From the IMG/VR virus record IMGVR_UViG_2645727868_000012: a DNA stretch of 14,817 nucleotides; one strand, given 5' to 3'. Made by a program: the position numbers and the translations under genes. Below the pieces are notes generated by a model. That model searched no databases. It had not been told where the DNA came from and was given only the letters and a program-made list of their open reading frames with translations. Below, piece by piece: positions 9,793 to 14,817 of this stretch (positions within the stretch are counted from its first letter, which is position 1; each line of letters begins with the position of its first letter). This DNA comes from a virus. Its lineage: Duplodnaviria > Heunggongvirae > Uroviricota > Caudoviricetes.

Positions 9793-10488
9793 CTCGGCAC
9801 AAGCGGGGAGAAAATACCGTTACTCAGTACAGCGAATACCTGGACCAATCGACAAACATTCAGCGGTGGCCTTTCTGGGGAACTGTCCGGCAATGCCGCT
9901 ACTGCAACAAAGCTGAAAACAGCACGAAAAATTGCTGGAGTTGGTTTTGATGGTTCTAGCGATATTTCAATTAGTGCCAAAAATGTCAATGCATTTGCAC
10001 TCCGACAAACAGGTAATACTGTTAATGGTGATACATCCGTTGGATGGAATTGGGATAGTGGTGCATATAACGCCATGATTGGTGGTGCATCTGCATTAAT
10101 TCTTCACTTTAATATAAATGCTGGTAGCTGTCCTGCCGTACAATTCCGTGTGAATTATAAAAATGGTGGCATTTCCTACAGGTCGGCTCGTGATGGTTAT
10201 GGGTTTGAATTAGGTTGGTCAGATTTCTATACCACGACACGAAAACCTTCAGCGGGAGATGTTGGTGCATATACGCGGACAGAATGTAACTCAAGGTTTA
10301 TTACAGGTATTCGCCTTGGCGGTCTGTCATCTGTTCAGACATGGAATGGTCCCGGCTGGTCTGACAGGTCAGGTTATGTCGTTACGGGTTCAGTTAACGG
10401 AAACCGTGATGAATTAATTGATACAACACAGGCAAGGCCAATTCAGTATTGCATTAATGGGACGTGGTATAACGCGGGGAGTATTTAA
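9775..10488 (+). CDS. tail-fibre C-terminal variable cassette (Sv-like), open frame without start codon; about 237 codons
   Basis: Frame is open from just after TAA 9772-9774 to TAA 10486-10488. First in-frame ATG is 10075 (the track ORF). Ends with the ...INGTWYNAGSI motif shared with the opposite cassette. Confidence 0.75.
   Translation, partial: NLGLRELGTSGEKIPLLSTANTWTNRQTFSGGLSGELSGNAATATKLKTARKIAGVGFDGSSDISISAKNVNAFALRQTGNTVNGDTSVGWNWDSGAYNAMIGGASALILHFNINAGSCPAVQFRVNYKNGGISYRSARDGYGFELGWSDFYTTTRKPSAGDVGAYTRTECNSRFITGIRLGGLSSVQTWNGPGWSDRSGYVVTGSVNGNRDELIDTTQARPIQYCINGTWYNAGSI
9777..9891. repeat. left arm of the inverted repeat (about 115 bp, 3 mismatches to right arm)
   Basis: Direct comparison of 9777-9891 with the reverse complement of 12416-12530. 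Encodes the shared fibre segment [40 protein letters not shown]. Confidence 0.85.
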
Positions 10489-10490
10489 CG

Positions 10491-11024
10491 ATGATGCACT
10501 TAAAAAACATTACTGCTGGCAACCCTAAAACAAAAGAGCAATACCAGCTAACAAAGCAATTTAACATCAAATGGCTTTATTCAGCTGATGGAAAAAACTG
10601 GTATGAGGAACAAAAGAATTTCCAGCCAGACACTTTGAAAATGGTCTATGACCATAACGGCGTTATTATTTGTATTGAAAAGGATGTTTCAGCAATTAAT
10701 CCGGAAGGCGCAAGCGTCGTTGAATTACCTGATATTACAGCAAATCGCCGGGCTGATATTTCGGGGAAATGGATGTTCAAAGATGGCGTAGTGGTAAAGC
10801 GAACTTATACCGAGGAAGAGCAGAGGCAACAAGCGGAAAATGAAAAGCAGAGCCTGTTGCAACTTGTCAGGGATAAAACTCAGCTATGGGACTCACAGCT
10901 ACGGCTGGGCATCATTTCCGACGAGAATAAACAAAAATTAACCGAGTGGATGCTCTATGCGCAGAAAGTCGAATCCACAGACACCTCCAGCCTGCCAGTA
11001 ACATTTCCCGAACAACCTGAATGA
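10491..11024 (+). CDS. tfa: tail fibre assembly protein (Tfa / Mu U-like), 177 aa
   Basis: ATG 2 nt after the cassette stop. About 175 aa MMHLKNI... protein with the conserved Tfa N-terminus. Paralogous to the minus-strand copy. Confidence 0.9.
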   Translation: MMHLKNITAGNPKTKEQYQLTKQFNIKWLYSADGKNWYEEQKNFQPDTLKMVYDHNGVIICIEKDVSAINPEGASVVELPDITANRRADISGKWMFKDGVVVKRTYTEEEQRQQAENEKQSLLQLVRDKTQLWDSQLRLGIISDENKQKLTEWMLYAQKVESTDTSSLPVTFPEQPE

Positions 11025-11027
11025 GAC

Positions 11028-11057
11028 AAGGCCCGATAACGGGCCTTAATTTTTATT
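11028..11057. terminator. bidirectional terminator between the convergent tfa genes
   Basis: Stem AAGGCCCG / CGGGCCTT, loop ATAA, followed by AATTTTTATT. Confidence 0.65.
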
Positions 11058-11580
11058 CAGGCTTTTGTGGCCATTCAGGATTTGCCGTATCCACACGGTT
11101 GACCAGAACACTGTAGCGTTCCCATGCTTCCAGTCGTGTGCGTTCCTCGTCTGTTGCCATATTCAGCCTGACAGCGCGTTCCAGCGGCTGGATGACTGAT
11201 TCAGCTTCGGAAAGCAATGCGGCCTTTTGTGATTCGGCCTGTTGTTGCTGTTCGTCAGCCGTATAAATCCGTTTAACCACAGCTCCGTCCTTAAACATCC
11301 ACTTACCGGAATCATCGGTCCGACGATTGGCCGTTATATCGGGAACCTCGACGACGCTAAAACCTTCGGGATTAAGCGTGGAGGCATCTCTGGTGATGGC
11401 GACAATAATATTATTTTCATCGTAAACAATCTTTATGGTGTCTGGCTGAAAGTTTTTCACTTCCTCATACCAGTTTTTTCCGTCCTCAGAGTAAAGCCAG
11501 ATAACTCCGTGTTTCTTTGTTAACTCATACTGTTCCAGTGTTTTAGCATTACCCGCTTTTATGTTCTTTAAGTGCATCAT
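11053..11580 (-). CDS. tfa: tail fibre assembly protein (Tfa' / Mu U'-like), 175 aa
   Basis: ATG at 11580 one nt after the upstream cassette stop. Same family as 10491..11024, with a divergent C-terminal half. Confidence 0.9.
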   Translation of the reverse strand: MMHLKNIKAGNAKTLEQYELTKKHGVIWLYSEDGKNWYEEVKNFQPDTIKIVYDENNIIVAITRDASTLNPEGFSVVEVPDITANRRTDDSGKWMFKDGAVVKRIYTADEQQQQAESQKAALLSEAESVIQPLERAVRLNMATDEERTRLEAWERYSVLVNRVDTANPEWPQKPE

Positions 11581-11581
11581 A

Positions 11582-12574
11582 TTAAACGCTCGCTACATTA
11601 TACCAGGTGCCATTTATATACTTTTGAACGGGTCTGTAATAAACACCCGCTATATTATCGGCAGAGTTAGACCCTGTATCCTGAACATTAATACCAGACA
11701 ATACATGACCTGAAGGGCACTGGAAATTCCATGTTCGCCAGTTGTTCACTCCATAATATTGCTGTGAACCAAGTCGAACATCTTTCACATAACGGGAATC
11801 AAAGTTACCGTAATCCGAGGGATTAACACGCCCCGTAATATTTATGGTCTTATTACTTTGAATGCTTCCGGGAACAAAGCGCATAACATGGACGTAATTA
11901 GCATAAACATCCAGATTACCATCGCCATTTTGTTTAAAGCCCGTGTCATTATCACCCAATACAATCGAATTACCGCCAAGAGCACTGGATGTTCCGATAC
12001 CCAGTGCACCATTCAGTTGACCACCAGATAACGGCAGTGCACCAACATCTCCTGCTGAAGGTTTTCTGGTGGTGGTGTAAAATTCGGACCAGTCGGCTTC
12101 AAAACCATAACCATCACGGGCTGAACGATAAAAAATACCGCCATTTTTATAATTAATCCGAAACTGAGCTGCAGGACAACTTCCGTCTCCCATATAAAAA
12201 TGAATAATTAACGTTGATGCACCACCAATATTTGCGTTATAGGCTCCGCTACTCCAGTTCCATCCAACTGCTTTATCATTCGCAACGGTGCTTCCTGTTT
12301 TCCCTAAGGCAAACGCACCAACATGACTTGCTTTTAATGTGATATCGGAGGAACCATCAAAAGCCACATTGCTTATTTTCCTGGCAGTTTTTAATTTTGC
12401 AGCTGTAGAAGCATTGCCGGATAGTTCACCAGAAAGGCCACCGCTGAATGTTTGTCGATTAGTCCAGGTATTCGCTGTACTGAGTAACGGTATTTTCTCC
12501 CCGCTTGTGCCGAGTTCTCGTAAACCGAGGTCGCTCTTGTTTGTGCAGGATATGAACAAATATTTGAAGATAAA
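11582..12574 (-). CDS. tail-fibre C-terminal variable cassette (Sv'-like), open frame without ATG; about 330 codons
   Basis: Minus-strand frame open from just after the stop at 12575-12577 (plus coordinates) to the stop at 11582-11584. Only a TTG at 12559, just outside the crossover site. Shares the scaffold with the left cassette, then has a longer, different tip. Confidence 0.75.
   Translation of the reverse strand, partial: FIFKYLFISCTNKSDLGLRELGTSGEKIPLLSTANTWTNRQTFSGGLSGELSGNASTAAKLKTARKISNVAFDGSSDITLKASHVGAFALGKTGSTVANDKAVGWNWSSGAYNANIGGASTLIIHFYMGDGSCPAAQFRINYKNGGIFYRSARDGYGFEADWSEFYTTTRKPSAGDVGALPLSGGQLNGALGIGTSSALGGNSIVLGDNDTGFKQNGDGNLDVYANYVHVMRFVPGSIQSNKTINITGRVNPSDYGNFDSRYVKDVRLGSQQYYGVNNWRTWNFQCPSGHVLSGINVQDTGSNSADNIAGVYYRPVQKYINGTWYNVASV
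12416..12530. repeat. right arm of the inverted repeat
   Basis: Reverse complement matches 9777-9891 with 3 mismatches. Lower identity continues further into the cassettes. Confidence 0.85.
12515..12540. promoter_or_regulatory. right crossover site, hybrid: canonical inner half and centre, non-canonical outer half
   Basis: TTCTCGTAAACC GA GGTCGCTCTTGT. The inner half and centre are identical to the left site. The outer half is invertase coding sequence, not a gix half-site. Confidence 0.6.
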
Positions 12575-12664
12575 TTAAGCGGAACAAGGACAGGCCGACC
12601 TGGATTAAAACGTGCTTTAAAGCGCCTTCAAAAAGGTGACGCACTGGTTGTCTGAAAACTGGAC
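12530..12664 (+). pseudogene. 5' fragment of a second Pin-family invertase gene (about codons 21-60), frameshifted and truncated
   Basis: Translation [41 protein letters not shown] then a frameshift. About 90% nucleotide identity to the corresponding part of the intact invertase gene. Homology stops near 12664. Confidence 0.8.
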
Positions 12665-12799
12665 TGACTGGTTCACTGTATGCGGCATCTTGTCGTGCTG
12701 GTGGTGGAAGCCTAGAAAAAGTATCGGGTGTTACTGAACCGTGTTGATACATCAACTGCACCTGATATTGAGTGGCCTACGAACCCTGTCAGGGAGTAA
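12665..12799 (+). pseudogene. 3' remnant of a tail-fibre-assembly-like gene (in-frame TAG, indel)
   Basis: Translates to ...[32 protein letters not shown], matching the C-terminus of ORF 13579..13848 with an in-frame stop. No start codon. Confidence 0.6.
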
Positions 12800-12848
12800 T
12801 CATTGGGATTATGCCGCAGCACGTCTTAAGCAAGAACGTGCTGCGGTT
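12696..12848. repeat. direct repeat copy 1 (tfa 3' end plus downstream hairpin)
   Basis: About 90% identical to 13751-13898. Contains an 11-bp perfect stem CCGCAGCACGT / ACGTGCTGCGG at 12814-12846. Confidence 0.7.
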
Positions 12849-12853
12849 GGATG

Positions 12854-13522
12854 CTATTTTTTCCCTGAAGCGGAAAACATTACTACAGTACCTTGAACCT
12901 TGGTTTTAACATTCTCGAAATGCTCTGAGAGTATATGTGTTAAGCCTTCTTCGGAATCTTTTGTGTTTGAAAAGATGCCTTTCTGATTGTAAATGCGCAT
13001 CAGTTTTTGACCGAAGCTATTGTGCACAACTCCATCGCCAAGAATTGTGGCTCCGTATAGAGTTCCATCGTCAGTTAAGGCCTGCGCCGCATTGCGTATT
13101 ACACAGCTTTTTGTAGATATATTTCCAGGCAGGCAGTGAAGAAGGTAAAACATGGAAATGGAATCAAATTGACCATGTAACGCCGCGGGATAAGGTTCAA
13201 AAACATCATGGCTAATTTTATGTTTAATTTTTGATTCCCCAGCCCTTGTAGATGCCGCGTTCAGGCTAGCTTCGTTCAAATCCATTAAAGATATCAGACT
13301 ACTCTCAGGTACGTGAGTAAGGTAAAACCCAGTTCCAACACCAATATCCAGATGGTTGTTACCTACATGTTCCAGAAAGTGTGGAAGAAGGTGTTCCTTT
13401 GTAGGACATCCCCATGCAAGCCGATTTGATACTCCCAAAACCCACCAGTCATAAAGCTTTAGGGTAAGTGGTGTGTAAATTTTAGCCCCATCATCTGTGT
13501 TTTTTTTCATTGATTTCACCAT
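12854..13522 (-). CDS. class I SAM-dependent methyltransferase, substrate unknown (222 aa)
   Basis: Motif I HLDIGVGTGFY, acidic post-I SLMDLNE, motif II-like FDSISMFYLLHCLP, motif III-like LTDDGTLY. No DPPY/NPPY or PCQ DNA-methyltransferase motifs. Markedly AT-rich relative to the flanks. ATG 13522, alternative ATG 13510. Confidence 0.85.
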   Translation of the reverse strand: MVKSMKKNTDDGAKIYTPLTLKLYDWWVLGVSNRLAWGCPTKEHLLPHFLEHVGNNHLDIGVGTGFYLTHVPESSLISLMDLNEASLNAASTRAGESKIKHKISHDVFEPYPAALHGQFDSISMFYLLHCLPGNISTKSCVIRNAAQALTDDGTLYGATILGDGVVHNSFGQKLMRIYNQKGIFSNTKDSEEGLTHILSEHFENVKTKVQGTVVMFSASGKK

Positions 13523-13578
13523 GTTATAGTTTTATTTGTGAATTAAATCAATTATGGCGATGAATTACAAGGGGTTAA

Positions 13579-13848
13579 ATGCTGCCGCAGCATAGCGATA
13601 TTGAAATAGCCTGGTATGCTTCGATACAGCAGGAGCCGAATGGCTGGAAGACCGTCACCACACAGTTCTACATCCAGGAATTCAGTGAGTATATTGCGCC
13701 ACTGCAGGATGCTGTAGATCTGGAAATCGCAACGGAGGAAGAAAGATCGTTGCTGGAGGCATGGAATAAATATCGGGTATTGTTGAATCGTGTTGATACA
13801 TCAACTGCACCTGATATTGAGTGGCCTGCAAATCCTGTCAGGGAGTAA
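13579..13848 (+). CDS. short tail-fibre-assembly-like protein (89 aa, Tfa C-terminal domain homologue)
   Basis: C-terminal 50 aa (...[37 protein letters not shown]) resemble the Tfa C-termini in the invertible segment. N-terminal 40 aa unique. ATG at 13579. Confidence 0.65.
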   Translation: MLPQHSDIEIAWYASIQQEPNGWKTVTTQFYIQEFSEYIAPLQDAVDLEIATEEERSLLEAWNKYRVLLNRVDTSTAPDIEWPANPVRE

Positions 13849-13898
13849 TCATTGGGATTATGCCGCAGACACGTCGTATGCAGGAACGTGCTGCGGTT
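13751..13898. repeat. direct repeat copy 2
   Basis: Matches 12696-12848. The hairpin here is imperfect (one bulge). Confidence 0.7.
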
Positions 13899-13962
13899 AG
13901 TTTGTGAGCTTTCGATAGTGGTTGTTATTTTTGCCCTTATTTGTTCCGGAGGCCATGGTTCA

Positions 13963-14133
13963 ATGGTCCGTCTGCCCCCTGTGGTGATGTCAGCAAAATC
14001 AGCCACTGCGCGAACCACAATAGCCCGGGAAGATGCTGAAGATCACCAGGTAAAGCTGTCAGCGCAGAAACTGGAAGAACTGCTCGCATCAATGGTTAAG
14101 GATGAGGTTGATCGCAATGATGGGATTTATTGA
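13963..14133 (+). CDS. hypothetical small protein (56 aa)
   Basis: GGAGG at 13948-13952, ATG 13963 (10-nt spacing). Charged and helical-looking sequence. Track ORF starts further upstream at a non-ATG codon. An in-frame extension past the TGA is noted in findings. Confidence 0.4.
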   Translation: MVRLPPVVMSAKSATARTTIAREDAEDHQVKLSAQKLEELLASMVKDEVDRNDGIY

Positions 14134-14227
14134 CGTCAGCGAGAGCAGAAGGAAGAACTGAATAACCTGAATGATTTACGCTCAATCAGAGCGATGGCGA
14201 TTAGCGGCAATCACGCTCGATAAAATT

Positions 14228-14250
14228 AACCCCGGTGATCATCCGGGGTT
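14228..14250. terminator. bidirectional terminator between the small ORF and the Rha gene
   Basis: Stem AACCCCGG / CCGGGGTT around palindromic loop TGATCAT, followed by TTTTG on the plus strand and TTAATTTTA on the minus strand. Confidence 0.65.
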
Positions 14251-14259
14251 TTGCATTCA

Positions 14260-14817
14260 TTAAAACCGCATCAACCTTTCCACCAATTGTTCTTTACGGG
14301 CAACGATCCACCCATGTTGCTCCAGATAAAATTTAAACCGTTCCAGCGTGCATACCATCGCATCGGCGGGGACTTTTTCTGTGAACTCGACCTGACCGTG
14401 TTTATCGAAGTGGATCAGTAATGCGCATCCATTATTTGGGGCGGGGGAGTTTTGTGCTGCAGGAGGACGTTTGTGGAGTTCTTCTTCCATTGCGTTAAAT
14501 TTTTCAATGTAAGCTTCTTTTAGTCTGGCTGCTTTTTTGCCAGTAAATCCCATTACGAGGAACATGAAGCCGTCTTTTGTGATCAGGTAGCATCGTGATT
14601 CACGTTCTGCGCCGTTGCCAATTTCGACAGTCTGAACATCGGCCGAAAAGTTGGCTGATGTAAATTCGGGAGAGCAGTCGAGTGTGTCAATCTTAGCTAA
14701 AACGTGTTTATGTTGTTTATCGAAGTAGTCGGCAACAGCTTGAGAGGTGGTAACCAGGCGACCATCTTTGAAAAAGACTTTTGGTGACTCGTTAGAAAAA
14801 GTTATAGCTGTATTCAT
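14260..14817 (-). CDS. phage regulatory protein, Rha family (185 aa); start codon at the window edge
   Basis: N-terminal region ...VTTSQAVADYFDKQHKHVLAKIDTL...RCYLITKDGFMFLVMGFTGKKAARLKEAYIEKFNAME fits the Rha/antirepressor-like domain pattern. The ATG is the last 3 nt of the window, so the true start could lie outside. Confidence 0.8.
   Translation of the reverse strand: MNTAITFSNESPKVFFKDGRLVTTSQAVADYFDKQHKHVLAKIDTLDCSPEFTSANFSADVQTVEIGNGAERESRCYLITKDGFMFLVMGFTGKKAARLKEAYIEKFNAMEEELHKRPPAAQNSPAPNNGCALLIHFDKHGQVEFTEKVPADAMVCTLERFKFYLEQHGWIVARKEQLVERLMRF

Larger units (their letters stand above)
9767..12540. mobile_element. invertible DNA segment (Mu G / P1 C / e14 P-segment type) with two opposed tail-fibre tip plus tfa cassettes
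   Basis: Bounded by inverted repeats whose outer edges are the crossover sites. Contains fibre-tip and tfa ORFs on the plus strand and a second pair on the minus strand, converging on a central terminator. Invertase gene adjacent. Confidence 0.8.

Noticed and set aside
9747-9950. 67-aa plus ORF across the left crossover site, and its mirror 12459..12761 on the minus strand
   Set aside because: Both are alternative-frame readings of the inverted repeat (the same [22 protein letters not shown] peptide appears in each). They are explained by the repeat, not by independent genes.
10075-10488. Track ORF starting at ATG 10075 as a complete 137-aa gene
   Set aside because: The frame is open for another 100 codons upstream into the inverted repeat and encodes conserved fibre sequence there. 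ATG 10075 is most likely an internal Met of a promoterless cassette, not a true start.
13510-13580. Promoter for the methyltransferase (TTGATT-N17-TATAAC or TTGTAA-N17-TTTAAT on the minus strand)
   Set aside because: Hexamers are present, but the first -10 abuts the ATG and the region is so AT-rich that such matches are expected by chance.

Overview
The window opens with a complete seryl-tRNA synthetase gene (serS, E. coli-type protein) and then enters a mosaic, apparently degraded prophage region. No rRNA, tRNA, CRISPR array or transposase was seen by eye. All calls rest on reading the supplied ORF translations and the raw sequence; no database search or computation was run.

Layout, in order:
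- 1-1293: serS, followed by two tandem terminator hairpins and about 600 bp of unassigned DNA (1294-1930).
- 1931-9084: a P2-type contractile-tail module. An Ogr-like zinc-finger activator and gpD sit on the minus strand, divergent from FI sheath, FII tube, E/E+E' chaperone, T tape measure and U on the plus strand. This order differs from the canonical P2 FI-FII-E-T-U-D-ogr.
- 9113-12540: a Mu G-segment / P1 C-segment / e14 P-segment-type inversion module. It has a Pin/Gin-family serine invertase, a near-canonical 26-bp crossover site, and a ~2.8-kb invertible segment with two alternative tail-fibre C-terminal cassettes and two tail-fibre assembly genes in opposed orientation.
- 12530-14817: recombination debris and cargo. 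This includes a truncated second invertase copy fused to the right crossover site, a tfa 3' pseudogene, an AT-rich class I SAM-dependent methyltransferase bracketed by ~150-bp direct repeats, a short tfa-like ORF, a small ORF, and a Rha-family regulator at the window edge.

The most unusual feature is that the inversion switch is orphaned: neither fibre cassette has a constant 5' part or a start codon to fuse to in either orientation. The supplied ORF track treats GTG and TTG as starts, so several track starts were revised.
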